From Leucoraja erinacea (Eukaryota), in contig NC_073380.1 of the NCBI RefSeq assembly GCF_028641065.1, positions 55,738,001 to 55,802,000 of the forward strand: a stretch of DNA of 64,000 nucleotides, given 5' to 3'. Position numbers and translations under genes: made by a program. The notes below the pieces were generated by a model, which made no database searches, was not told where the DNA came from, and was given only the letters and a program-made list of their open reading frames with translations. Positions 47,501-61,054 of this stretch are shown piece by piece (positions within the stretch are counted from its first letter, which is position 1; each line of letters opens with the position of its first letter).

Positions 47501-47857
47501 CCATTCCATGACGTGGTTGGTATGGTGTTCATCGTGGAGATGTCAGAACGTGCAAGAGTTTATTGACTTGCACTTCCTCTTCCTCTCTAATCAGCCTTCA
47601 TTATTCACACAGTCCTCAATAATTGAGGGATTCGACAATTCACTTCACAAGCATCGTTGCAGATGGTTGCAACATGGAAAATGCTTTCTTGGTCACCTTC
47701 CTTTCCAACTGACTCAAAGACTAGAGGGCATAGTTTAGTTTAGTTTAGTTTAGCGATACAGCCTCGAAACAGGCCATTCGGCCCACTGAGTCCACACCGA
47801 CGAGCGATCATCCATACACTAGCACTATCCTACACACTATGGACAATTAACAAATTT

Positions 47858-50800
47858 AATAGTAGGATTAAACGAGTACTTACCAGTATGAAGTTTGATC
47901 TGTATTTTATGAGGAGTTACGGTGAGGTATTACGTGAAGAACCCAGCTCTACTGCGCATGCGGCATACTTCGAAGCAGCGGTGTGAAATCACAGGATAGA
48001 CACAATATTTGAAGTAAGATAGTAAAGATCACGAGACATCAGTTTATTAGTTTGATCTATATAATGAGGGTGGGAGCGGCGGGCACCTAATACCTCACCG
48101 TAACTCCTCATAAAATACAGATCAAACTTCATACTGGTAAGTACTCGTTTAATCCTACTATTTTACTTCGGAGTCACGTGAGTGATTCCGTGAAGACTTC
48201 AAAGGTCTGTGATTTCAAACCGTGTAACAGTTTTTATTTCACTCACTGCCGAAGTTTATGAGGGAGGAAGTGTTATCGTAATCAACCAGTGGATCTGCTT
48301 TCAAAAGAAACAGAAAGGTATTTGTTAACAATAACAACATAAAGAGCTCCTCTGAGCTTAAATTAATATTGCAGTTTGTAATATTCTCCTGCAATTAAAT
48401 CAGGTTTATCAACGGTTTATAATAAAAAATGTTCAGAACGTCGTTCCCTTGACCATCCTGCTGTATTGAAAATGTGGTCAACCGGGATGTCCATTCGTTC
48501 AGCCGCTGATACCAATGCTGCCCTAGTGGAATGGGATTAAATGTATTATTATCTATTCCGGCAGCTTTCAGTACCTGTTTGGGCCACCTTGGAGTGGTTT
48601 GGCTCGTACCCCGTCTTGGGTTACTGTGGTTGACCCATAGGCTTTCCTCTCCCTCTAAGATTGTGTGTTGTGTCTATATATAGTAGTAGATGGGTCACCA
48701 CACTCAACCTGGACTCTGGTGGGTAGGCCCGGAACCCCACCAGTGAATTGGGCGTTCCTGGTCCATATAGCCATATAACGACTACAGCACGGAAAACACA
48801 GGCGATCTCGACCCTACTAGTTCGTGCCGAACTCATAATCTTGCCTAGTCCCAAATACCTGCGAGTTAGATTTTACCAGACCTAAATATGAACGTGATGC
48901 GTCCGGGGTAATCACCATGTATCTAGTCTAGTTTATGGAGTGACCGGACTCTGTGAGCGTGTACGAGAGCCATAAGCATGAGCGTTTTTTAAACATAGAT
49001 TAAGCAAGCTGAGGGATCTGGCTGGTGCCATTCTCTGAGATATGTCAATATCACACCAATATCCCATACATGGGTATATACCTGGGTGTTTGGGGCTTAT
49101 ATTATAGTTGCCCTTCATAAGTTTACCTTCAGTGGATGGGATCCCATGCTCCGCTGTCATGCTGTTTTAGATAAGCAGATAAGGCGCTTCATGCTGTATT
49201 TACGGCATTGTAACTCACCTTTTGGTCATGGTGTAGATGTTCCAGGAACTCCAATACGTCAGTGGTTGAATAATTCGGTATGTTGTCCCTGCGTCGTGGC
49301 AGTATTTTACCCATGTTAGCTTTTAGTGACTGTTCGCAGGGATGCCGACATGGTGGTCCCTTGGATAATCCCAGTCCCTGGTAAGGTCTATTCAAACCCT
49401 GCACCCAGGAGTTTGATGTTTCCCTGGCATGGGTGGCTTGTGCCTGATACTGGGTTGAGTCAGCAACCATGGTCCACTAGGGAAATCCATAGGTGACTCG
49501 CCCACCGTGTCGTGATGAACTGGGAACCATGGCTGTGTAGGCCGGTCGGGCACGTTCAATATCTCGGAGACTCCCATCTGTATTCCGAAGTGCCCGTCTG
49601 ATGAGGCAGAAGGGAGGAAGGCAAAGCAGAAATTCCCCCTTCCAGCGTGTAGGCATCTATCGCTGCTGCCTCTAATCTGGTTCCCAAGTCACATACATAG
49701 GTTACTGGTGATTCCTTCTTGTGCAACCAAATTGATATCTGGCTTTCAAACTGCTTAATACCTTTAGCAGATATTTTGGGTTTAACATCTATTCAATGTA
49801 ATCATAAATTTACCCCGTGACCTGGTGTCTCCCACTGTGTTCTAGCTTCCTAGGACATAGGCAGCTGATAGTTAAAATGTCTTTTGACACACCATTGCCA
49901 GATTTGTTTGACCAATTTGATGCACAACAATGATTATTATGCTCCCCATATGGTTGATATAAGCCACCACCATAGTATTATCAATCCGTAACCACATATG
50001 TACGTGCTGCATTTGAAATGCATATGTTTTTTAGCCCAATAGGCGCTCACCAATCCCAAGTAGTTGATGCCCGGTATGTGTAGTAACGATGTTTGTGAAT
50101 TGGTCCATCTGTTACCTGTGCTGGATATGGAGTTTAGTTGCTCCCCAGCCTAAAGTATTGGCATCGGTTTTTAATAACCAAATTGGGATTGGTGATGATA
50201 ATAGGGCTGAAAACTATGCCAAATAGATGTCTACCCACCACCTTAGTTGTGATATAGCTTCAGTGGGTTCATTCATGATTTGATTATAGTGACCCAAGTA
50301 CCTAGGCAAAGTAACAGTCATATGGACGGAATTATTATTGAAGCCCAGATAATCCTTGGTAGTTAACGCTTCAATACTGGTTTATCTGGGCGTGGGATAA
50401 ACCTCAGAGCTTAGGGAGCTGTTTCGTAGCTAGAACTGCTGCCACAGCTAATTCCTTTGTTTCCCCTAATATGAGGATATCATCCAATATATGCCATGAT
50501 TATGCTTGTTTTCTTAATATTTTCATGGCCGTTTGATATTTATAATAGATTTAGGGCAGAAGTTAGACCATAGGGACTGCTCTATGCTCCCATGGTTGCC
50601 CTAACCGGGATATCCATTATCCAGGTAAAATTTTTAGGTATCTATAATGATCCTAGTGTATGGGTATAAGATAGTTAGCATCTTCCATATCAATGCTCCC
50701 CTTAGGTATCCTTGGGAGATCAGATGCCTGGCAGTGACAAAAACCCATCTCCATCTTAAAGTGTATATATACTCAACAGATTTATTTAGTGATATTAGAT

Positions 50801-52554
50801 CAATGATGATGCTACATTCACCATCTTTTGTAGTTTCCAATGGTTCATGTTTACTCCCATGATCCGTTTAGTAATGAGCCTTTCTAGTTCAGCTTGACCT
50901 TCTCACTTCTCTTTTCTTAGAGGGAGAAAGTGCCCTTTGGGCGCATTGCTGAACTGGCGGTAATATGCCCAATTTGAATTCGTTTTTATCCTCTAATACT
51001 GTTGAGTATATTTTAGTTATTTGTGACAGCATCCCATGCTTTATTAACAAGTGTAAATGCCCCCCCCCCCCGCAGTTAGTAGAACACCCTTGTTTAGTGT
51101 AAACTGGGAGGAACCAGACTACCTACCTCCATGTTTGTTGTTTTTTCATGAAGGCGTAGTTTGCTGGTATGCTGGTGCTGTCGGTGGGGCGGCGCATCTT
51201 CCCACGGCTCCGCTCTGGGCCCCGTCTAAAAAGAACTTTGGGGGTAATGTGAAGCGGTCGCCAGGCTTTCACCAGTCCTTGTTTGATATCGCTGGTGGAT
51301 GCCGAGGGGTGCTGCCAGCTGGGTGTTGGATGCGATGTCCTGCTCGTTCCATGGCCTGCCTTCATGAGGCGCACAGGTTTAGCTGCCTCTCTTCCCGCAG
51401 CAGCGGTTTGCATAGCCCCATATATTTGGGGTTGCGGGCAGGTCTATATGCACCATTGTTCAGTCGAGTATCCCAAATTTGGGAACATCTTAGGCGTCAG
51501 CACCCTGGTAGTGCAATGGGATAGTCTCATCCTGGGAGAGTATAATCCGTGGAAAAAACGAGCAAAGGCGGTAACATCTTGACCCTTCTGTAGAATTCGC
51601 TGCTTGTCTGCGAGTCCGCTGACCCAGCTGCCTGCGGATTTGCCTCTGGAAAGGCCTGCTCCTGCAGGGCTTTGTTGGGAAGATGGTCGCGTGGAGGAGC
51701 CATGTAGTGGCCCACGACACCCAGTAGCTCTTCCTGATCCTGCTCCCCTGGCATACTGCTGTTCTCGTCCGCCTGCCCAGCGTTTAAGCCAGCCCAGCCC
51801 TGGCCTCCTTAGCTAGCCTCAAAAGAGGGAGCAAAAGGGTGTGCTATAAATTGGAGGAGGCATAGCTCAAACTCCGCTGTTGCATCAATCCCTCGACAAG
51901 GGAGATGGCTAGTGCAATAGCACTGGGGTAGGAGTCAGCTCCCTTGGCATTCAGCCAGTGCCCCTTTATTCCTGGAGGTGAACTCCATGACCTCCTCTGG
52001 CTTGGGGAGACAGACATACTTATTTTTGCTGTCTCCAACCTGTTCCAGTTTTGGAGGAAGTTGGCTCCTGTAGAACCTGTTGAATTGGGAAGATTTTTCT
52101 CTTACCTGTATGTAGAGGCTGCCTGCCGTTTTCCAGGCGGCATTGTGGCGGTTCCCGGGCGGCGATTCTCCTTGTCAGGAGTCTGCAGGGCTGCCGGTCG
52201 GGTTTTTAAACTTCCCGCCGGTCCGCTGCTGTTACCAAACAGCTGTTCAGCGGACCGGCATTAGCGCAGCTCCTTGCAGCGGTCCGCAGCGTTTGCGGTC
52301 CGGGTAGCGCCTTTTCCCCGTCCACTGTCGGCTCCACGCTGGAGTCGAAACGGGGCCGCTCACCATGCCTCTCTACTTTGCTCCCCCTGGAGCAAAAACC
52401 ACAAGGCCCGATTAAGGTAAGTACTTACCTCTCGTCCCTGGATGCGGGAGCTGCCCGACTCCCGCTGGTCGCGTTCTGCACAGCTGTGCGTAATGCCGCA
52501 TGCGCAGTAGAGCTGGGTTCTTCACGGAATCACTCACGTGACTCCGAAGTAAAA
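47858..52554 (-). mobile_element. DIRS1-type retrotransposon, copy B (coding regions heavily decayed, termini intact)
   Basis: ITR (about 47933-47966 vs 52493-52526), ICR 48088-48196; colinear RT (TKDGECSIIIDL), MT (PTQPWFP), YR and gag remnants. Confidence 0.9.
48763..48863 (-). mobile_element. CR1 3' tail inside the YR remnant of DIRS copy B
   Basis: ccatatagccatataacgactacagcacggaaaacacaggcgatctcgaccc...ctagtcccaaatacctgcg is a diverged reverse complement of about 56500-56608. Confidence 0.8.
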
Positions 52555-52719
52555 TCAAAGATAAATGAAACTACAAACCTGTAGATATTTGGAGTTTGGG
52601 AGGAAACCGGAGCATCTGGGGAAAATCCACACTGTCACGGGGAGAATGTGCAAACTCTGTACAGAATATTAGACCCGGGACTCTGGTGTTATAAGGCAGT
52701 AACTCTACCATGCCACTGA

Positions 52720-52985
52720 GCTTCAAAGTGAGAGGGCAACATTGGAAGATGTGCACGGCACGTTTTTTTACATGGAGGGTGGTGGGTGACTGGAATGCAC
52801 TGCTATGGGTGGTGGTAGAGGTAAGTTTACTAGTGGCATGTAAGAGGTTATTAAATAGGCATGTGGATATGCAGGAAATGGAGAAATGTGGATCATTTGC
52901 AGATAATTTATCTTGGAATTGAGTTTGGCACAGACATTGGTTGCTGAAGGATCTGTCCCTGAATGTTACTGTTCTATGCTCTGTG
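52720..52985 (+). mobile_element. CR1 3' fragment
   Basis: FFTWRVVGDWNAL..VVE remnant. Confidence 0.75.
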
Positions 52986-53427
52986 TAGATGACCGTGCAG
53001 GCCATGATCGGTGTTAGGACACAAAAATAAAATTAAATATTGATTGAAATCAAGATTTCACAGATAAAGATATGAGATTATTATGGATTATATGGATTAC
53101 ATAATTTTAACTGCGCCAAAAACACTAATGGATAACAGTAGATTTTAAAAATGTTGTCAATAAAAGTTGGGTATGTTTTTCTGAACACTTTTATGAGGTG
53201 CACAGGCATGTTTTAAAATAATTATCAAAAATATTCAATAACTAAAACAAGTGTATGGCTGTGAATCCATTAAATGTTGAATGTAGTTTTACTTCCAAAA
53301 TCTTTTTCAGTACACGGATGAGTGAACAAATTATTGGAAGGACATTTTCGTTGATGAACATACTAGGTTAAGACTCCTAAGTATGCCAGTAAATACATTT
53401 TGAATGAAGTAGAAATGAATAATTACA

Positions 53428-53604
53428 TATGAGCCTGAGCTACAGGGAGAAGTTGAGCAGCTTCGGACTTTATTTCTTCGAGCGCAGGATGATGAGGGGT
53501 GATTTTATACAGGTGTATAAGATCATGAGAGGAATAGATAGGGTAAATACACTGAGTCTTTTGCCCAGAGTGGAGGATTCAAGAACCAGAAACCATTGGT
53601 TTAA

Positions 53605-53655
<51 letters not shown>

Positions 53656-53915
53656 AGAGAATATTTAATAGAGACCCGTTAGGACAACAGCTTTACACAA
53701 AGGGTTGTAGATGTATGGAACCAGCTGCCAGAGGAGGTAGTTGAGACAGATATTACCACAATGCTTAAAACAACATTTTGATAGGTACATGGGTCGGATA
53801 GGTTTAGAGGGTTATGTGCCAAACACAGGCAGGGGGACTAGTATAGATGGGACATGTTGATTAGCTTCGGCACGTTGGGCTGAAGGGCCTGTTTCGACGC
53901 TGTATAACCCAATTA
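53428..53915 (+). mobile_element. CR1 3' fragment containing a poly-G run
   Basis: LSYREKL..FGLYFFERRMMRGDFIQVYKIMRGIDRV. Confidence 0.85.
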
Positions 53916-54824
53916 CTCTGTTTGAATGCATTGCCTGATTGCTCTGGTTCATAGAAATATTGCATATGTCATTATGCAAATAAAATCTTGTGGAAACTTG
54001 AGCTGTAACCTAACGAGCACAATTTGGGCACAATTTCCCAACCACGCTAAAAGCGGAACTATACCCGTACACATCCCATTATATAACAACCAATGCATCT
54101 GTAACACTACTTTACAGGGTTTTAAATCAGAGTGTGTGTACTGAGGCCATCAATATTTGAAAGACTTCATTAGTCACACTGTTTAGACTTTAAAGTAATA
54201 TAAAATTCCTAATCAAAGGTTTACAGATCTAAAGAAATCACAAGGCACATAACTACTGATTTAAAATTTGCACAAAAATAAATTCGGGTCAAGATCATTA
54301 CTTGCAGTATATTATATTACAGCAATTATAAACAGATCCAGTGCTTTTGGAGCTTGTGCTCTAGTCTTCCAGCTGTTAAAGAACATCTGGCACTGATAGA
54401 ATTTAACTGTTCTCTTTATGTTTTTCAAAAGTAACTGAGACTTCCAACTGCAACATTCTTTTTAAAGATTCTAAATACTGTTGATGTGTATGGTCTTCAA
54501 AAGGAAATGCTTAAATCTTTGCTTTGATATTTTAATCATCTTCTTACTTGCAATACACTCAGACTCAACTTGGAATTGCTTCTTAAGATTTGTACACACA
54601 CTTTATTGCAATAATATAACTTATTTTAGGTCTGCACATTCAGGGTGAATAGTTGATCAGGTATATTGCTTCACATCTGGGCACAAGCAATTGCCAAACT
54701 GATGTACACTTTTAGCCATTTATTTAATGTCATTTATTGATTATAGAATCTAAATTGGGAATTCAACATTAAGGGATTTTAAAGATAGATTAATATTCTA
54801 TTGCTCCAGTGGTTTTAAATATCT

Positions 54825-55328
54825 TAAGAGATACAGCATAGAAACTAGCCCTTCGACCCACCGAGTCTTTGCCGACCAGCGATCATTCTGTACACTGGCA
54901 CAATTGTCCCACACACTAGGGACAATTTAGAATTACAGAAGCCAATTAACCTAAAAACCTCTGTTCAGTTAAGTTTATTGCCATGTGTACCAAGGTACAG
55001 TGAAAAGCTTTTGTTGCATGCTATCCAGTCAGCAGAAAGACAGTACATGATTACAATTGAGCCATTTACAGTGTACAGATATATGATAAGGGAATAACCG
55101 TCAGTGCAAGGCAAAGCCAGCAAAGTCCAATCAAGGATAGTCGGAGGGTCACCAAAGAGGTAGATAATAAATCTGCACATCTTTGGAGTGTGGGGGGAAA
55201 ACAGAGCACCTGGAGAAAAGCCACGCGGTTACAGGGAGAACATACAAACAACACCCAGAGACAGGAATGAACCTGGTCTTTGGTGCTCTAAGGCAGCAAC
55301 TCTACAGCTGCACCACTGTGCTGCTCTT
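54825..55328 (-). mobile_element. V-SINE/HE1-like SINE interrupted by a Rex1-type 3' tail (about 54965-55165)
   Basis: gccaattaacctaaaaacct..[insert]..ctgcacatctttggagtgtggggggaaaacagagcacctggag. Confidence 0.7.
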
Positions 55329-56127
55329 AGCCGTTGTGAGTCCGAACCTAAAATAAAACAATTAATTTGTTCAGGATCATTCATCAAAATGAAATAATTC
55401 ATTAAATTCTCCATACAAATTAAACATGAACATTCTGGTGTAACTCATTGCACAAATGGAACAGCTGTATGTCCAAATCACTTTTCAGGTTATAGTGGCG
55501 ACACAAGGAACTGCGGATGCTGGTTTGCAAAAAAAAAAAGACTTAAGTGCTGGAACAACTCAGAGGGTCAGGCAGCATCCCTGGACAAAAAAAAAAAATG
55601 GATAGGTGATGTTTTGGGTTGGGAAGCTTCAGAATGAAGAAGGGCCCCAACCAGAAATATCACACATCCATGTTCAGCAGAGATTCTGCCTGGCCCGCTG
55701 TGTTACTCCAGCACTGTTTTTAAAAATCTCAGGTTATACTGTTGTGGACATGGCAAATGATTATAGTATTTTCTTTGACTGGATAACAACCAAATAAAAG
55801 CTTATCACTATACCTCGGTACATGTGACAATAATAAACTAAACACCCTTTCAGCTATGGTAATGAAATTGCTCTGTGAGCCAGCATAACTTGAAGGAATA
55901 ATTGGTTTTCAATGCTCTAGGAATATATGGGAAGTTGTTACTAGGCCAGCATCTTAAACTGGAGGTGCATCTACTCTGCTGTGAGCTCAAAACAATTTGA
56001 CCGAGTGATGATCATGGGAACAAAAATGCCTTCACATCTCAGTCAGTATTCTGTCAAGTATCTTATAAATGGTGGAGGCTTTGGAAATCAGGAAACAACC
56101 AACACAAGTTACCCAGCTTTGATTTGG

Positions 56128-56608
56128 TCAACAAAATAGAGAGAGTACAGAGGAGATTTACTAGAATGTTGCCTGGGTTTCAGCAACTAAGTTACAGAGA
56201 AAGGTTGAACAAGTTAGGGCTTTATTCTTTGGAGCGCAGAAGGTTAAGGGGGGACTTGATAGAGGTTTTTAAAATGATGAGAGGGATAGACAGAGTTGAC
56301 GTGGAAAAGCTTTTCCCACTGAGAGTAGGGAAGATTCAAACAAGGGGACATGACATGAGAATTAAGGGACTGAAGTTTAGGGGTAACATGAGGGGGAACT
56401 TCTTTACTCAGAGAGTGGTAGCTGTGTGGAATGTTTTTATCATTTAAAAATAAATTGGATAGTTATATGGATGGGAAGGGAATGGAGGGTTATGGTCTGA
56501 GCGCAGGTATATGGGACTAGGGGAGATTATGTGTTCGGCACGGACTAGAAGGGTCGAGATGGCCTGTTTCCTTGCTGTAATTGTTATATGGTTATATGGT
56601 TATATGGT
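56128..56608 (+). mobile_element. CR1 3' fragment, (TATGGTTA)-tail family
   Basis: NKIERVQRRFTRMLPGFQQLSYRERLNKLGLYSLERRRLRGDLIEVFK. Confidence 0.92.
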
Positions 56609-59600
56609 CGAGTATCCATATAATTTGTGTTAGAACTATTAATATTTGGACAAGATGAAGGCAATCTTCCAAGTAAGAATATCATTATTCTGCTGTTGGT
56701 ACATATGACAATTAAACACCCTTGGCTCGCTCTTGACTCTTGAGAGAATGATGATGGTTGGATAATAGTCTTGAATATAAAATAGAGCCAAGAGTGTTCA
56801 TTGTCATATGTACCGAAACAGAACAATGAAATTATTACTTGCAGAAATGTAACTGGTCTGTAAACGCAGTCCTCATAAGATAACATAGTAAACAAAAAAA
56901 GTACGTTAAATAAAAGGCAAAACAAAACCTGAGCCTGAAGTCCCGAGTGCAACCAAGACAGTTCATAGTTCAAAATTTAGTTGGTGTTTGTAGTGTTCAA
57001 TAGCCTGATGGTTGTTGGGAAGAACACAAAACAGCACAGCACAAGAACATGCCCTTCAGCCCACAATGTTTGTGCTGAACATGATGCCAAGCCCATCACT
57101 TATCTACCTGCACATGACCCATACCACTAACATATCTGCTTTAAGCACCACCCCCAGCAGCGCATTCTAAACACTCACCACCCTGTGTATAAAACTTGTC
57201 CCGCCCGTCTTTTAAACTTTGCTTCTCTTACCTTAAAGCTATGCCGTCTCGCATTTGGCTACCCTATCTCTGCCCCTCATATTTTTATTAGGTCTCCCCG
57301 CGACCTCTAGAGAAAATAATCCAAGTTTCTCCAACCTCTCCCTGCAGCTAATATCCCCTAGACCAGGCATCATTCTTGTTAAAAAACGTTTACTGAACCT
57401 AGAGGTCACGGTTTTTAGACCCCTATACTTTTTCCCATGGCAAGTGTGGAATCGGAGTGTGTCTAGGGTGGTGTGGGTCTTTGATGACGTATGCTGCTTT
57501 TTTGAGGCAGCGCCTCCCTTAGATCCCTTCGATTGATTGGGTTTTTATAATGTAACATAATTATTCACGTGCATTGAGGAGGACAAATATGATTTGCCTG
57601 ATTTCAAGCCAGGAAGCGTTTACAAGAGGAGAGATAACTGCAATAGCAGAAGCACTGATTAAAAAAAAAAATCACCTGGTATCTTGATTTCATCAATGTT
57701 TATAACCCTTTATTCTGTGTTTAATTCCAGTCTCTATTTATCACAGATTAACTACAACAATATTTTACTTGGCACCCTTGCAACTATTTTCTTGTACTTA
57801 AGAAACAGCTGCAACCCACTTGTAGTGGAGTTATAGTCAAATCTTTGTTTATTATCATCTTTTGTCCAAATGTGCATATGGCTACCCAAAGTTATTTAGA
57901 GGTTTAACAATCATCTGCAGCTCAATCAAAAACTCCTTCCCAAGAAACATTTTGAAGACTCTGGGTTAGATTTTCAACTGGATGTAAAACTTTAAAGAAC
58001 AATCTGTGTTATTTTATAAGTTACTGTTCTCAGCAAAACTGTAATTAGGTAACGAGCAAAGAAACACAGTGCTGGAGTTACTCAGAGGGCCAGGCAGCAT
58101 CTCTGGAGAACATTCATAGGCTATATTTTGGGTGGGATCACTTCTTCAGACTGCTGCCTAACCAGCTGAGTTACTCCAGCACTTTGTGCTTTTCTGCTCA
58201 GGATTCTAGCATCTTCATTTCCTTATGTCTACTGTAATTAGGTATTACTTATTCTATGGTATATGGACACACTGGTCTGATCTGTATTTATGACTACAAT
58301 ATCCTGTTGTGCTGCAGCAATGCAAGAATTTCATTGTCCTATCCGGGACACATGACAATAAACTCTCTTGACTTGACTTGTATTTATATATGCATTCTGT
58401 CCTTCAGAATCCCCTCCAATATTCTAGATTTTCCAGCACTGGATAGTCAGCACAGCTTTATGAGTGGGAAATCATGTTTCACAAATTTGATAAGAATTTT
58501 GCGAAGATGTCACCAAAATAATTGGTGGGCAGAGAATGTTGTCTATATGGACTTTAACAAAGCCTTTGACAAGGTCTCCCAAGGTTAGATTGCTTGGGAT
58601 TCAGGGTGAACTAGCCAACTAGATTCAAAATTGTGAAGGAAGAAACTGCAGATCCTGGTTTACACCATAAACACAAAATGCTGGAGTTACTCAGCAGATC
58701 AGGCAGCATCTCTGGAGCAAAGGAATAGGTGATATTTTGGGTCAAGACCCTTCTTTAGACTCAAAGTCAGGCGAGAGGGAAACTAGAGATATGACAAGGT
58801 ATAATAAGGATTGATCTGAACCTTTTCAAACTCTAATTTGTTTGTTATCTGTATTGTGATTTGTTTATATGCCTGCAAAGACGCAGTAAGTAAGAATTTC
58901 ATTTTTCTGTTCTCAGTGCATATGACAATTAAACACTCGAGACCACATATGATGTATTGTTCACAGTTCTGATCAGCTTTTTATAGTTGGAAAGGGGGCA
59001 GGAAAGTTGCACCAGGATGTTACCAGGAATTAAGGGCTTGAGTTATAAGAGAGGCTGGATAGGCTGGGACTTATTTCCCTGGAGCACAGGAATTGTTCAT
59101 GAACAAAGAAATAATCTCAAAGTGGGCAGGAAGCTTGGAAATAACTCACGGCAGAGAAACAGCTACCCAGGGCAGCATGTGAAGTTCTCCCAGTGCTCTT
59201 TGAATGTTCCTCTGCAACCAACAAATCAAAAAGAGCTGATGAAAATGTAAAGGGAACATAAGGAAAAGTGAAGACAAACATAATTACTGATAGATCTTAG
59301 TTACCAGAATTTGAGGGCTTGAGTTACAAGGCTGTATCTATTGCGACTTTCTACACTGGAGTGCAGAAGGCTAAGGGGTGCCTTATGGAGGTATACAAAA
59401 TCATGAGAGGTATAAAGTGATTGGTCACAGTCATTTCCCCAAGTGTGAGGAGTCCTGAACTAGAAGCCATAAGGTTTAAGGTGAGAGGGGAAATATTTAG
59501 ATTTTTAAAATTTTCATGCACAGGGTAATGATTCCAGAGGAAACTGTGGAAGCAAACACGATGTCTACATTTAAGAGACACTTAGCCAGGATAGGAAGGT

Positions 59601-59646
59601 TAAGAGGGATATGGGCTAAATGCAGGCAAATGGAACTAGCTCTGTT

Positions 59647-60065
59647 ATAACCATATAACCATATAACAATTACAGCACGGAAACAGGCCATCTCGGCCCT
59701 ACAAGTCCGTGCCAAACAATTTTTTTCCCTTAGTCCCACCTGCCTGCACTCATACCATAACCCCCCATTCCCTTCTCATCCATATGCCTATCCAATTTAT
59801 TTTTAAATGATACCATCGAACCTGCCTCCACCACTTCCACTGGAAGCTCATTCCACACCACTACCACTCTCTGAGTAAAGAAGTTCCCCCTCATGTTACC
59901 CCTAAACTTCTGTCCCTTAATTCTGAAGTCATGTCCTCTTGTTTGAATCTTCCCTATTCTCAAAGGGAAAAGCTTGTCCACATCAACTCTGTCTATCCCT
60001 CTCATCATTTTAAAGACCTCTATCAAGTCCCCCCTTAACCTTCTGCGCTCCAGAGAATAAAGACC
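59647..60065 (-). mobile_element. CR1 3' fragment, same young family
   Basis: ORF 59730-60080 GLYSLERRRLRGDLIEVFK...; (TAACCATA)n tail on the + strand. Confidence 0.92.
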
Positions 60066-60449
60066 CAAATCGTCACCCATCTATGTTCTCCAGAGATGCT
60101 CCGTGACTGAATGAGCAATTGCGTATAACCTTGACATTAATAAAAGACAATGTTGGCACTTGATACGTGCAAACAGGAGAAAAGGACTATTCTCCCTTGG
60201 AGTTACAACTCATCTAGTATTTTTGGAGCAAGTAAGTTTAAGATGAGACTCAATACTAGTGGGTAAGATCACGATAAATGTTGAAAAGATAATAGAGGGA
60301 AGTTATTCTCATTGGTGGAGGTTGAAGGACTGTGGGCATATGTTTTAATTGATGGGCAAATGACAAGAGTCAAGTCAAGAGTATTTAATTGTCATATGTA
60401 CCAAAACGGAACAGTGAAATTCTTACTTGGATTGGGATGATGTGTGGAA

Positions 60450-60778
60450 AAACTGTACACCCAGGAGAAACCAATGCTGTCACAACGAGAATGTGCAACC
60501 TGCAGAAATTGCACCTGAGATCGCTAGAGAGAAACAGCATGACAACAGGTTCTTTGGCCCAATGAGTAGGCGGTAACCACGATCACCTGTGCACTAGTTC
60601 TATCCTCCTCACAAGGGACTATTTACAGAAGCCAATTAATCTACAGACCTGCACGTCTTTGAAATGTGGGAAGAATCCAGAGCACCTGGAGAAAACCCAT
60701 GCGGTCACATAGAGAACGTACAACTCCGTTCTGACCACACATGAAGTCGGGATCGAAGCTGCAGCGTCACTGTGCCCC
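60450..60778 (-). mobile_element. V-SINE/HE1-like SINE copies
   Basis: gccaattaatctacagacctgcacgtctttgaaatgtggg..gagcacctggagaaaacccatgcggtcac. Confidence 0.75.
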
Positions 60779-61054
60779 ACTCCCCTAAAATTTGTGCAGC
60801 ATATTATGTTTCATGGCCCTGTCTTGAATAATATTTCTACTTTTGTCTTCCATAGAATCATCATCTGCACATTAATTCAAGTTGGAACAGAATAATCTGA
60901 CATCCATTCACTCTTGATTAACCAAATGTCGATGTGTATGGATGTTTCTGATTGATTCTTGCATTCAAAAACTTTGAAAAGTTTAGAAATTAAATGTTAA
61001 AAAAAACAATAATTGTGTTTTCTTTGAAACACTTAAAATTAGATTTATTCTGAT

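Larger units (their letters stand above)
47733..52718 (-). mobile_element. V-SINE/HE1-like SINE split by DIRS copy B (pieces 47733-47857 and 52555-52718)
   Basis: (tttag)n tail and tcctacacac..ggacaatt on the left; ctacaaacctg..gggaggaaaccggagca..gcaaactc..actctacca on the right. Confidence 0.75.

Noticed and set aside
53300-53370. Possible small exon (tttttcag ... ctag|gttaag)
   Set aside because: Weak donor, and no recognisable peptide in any frame
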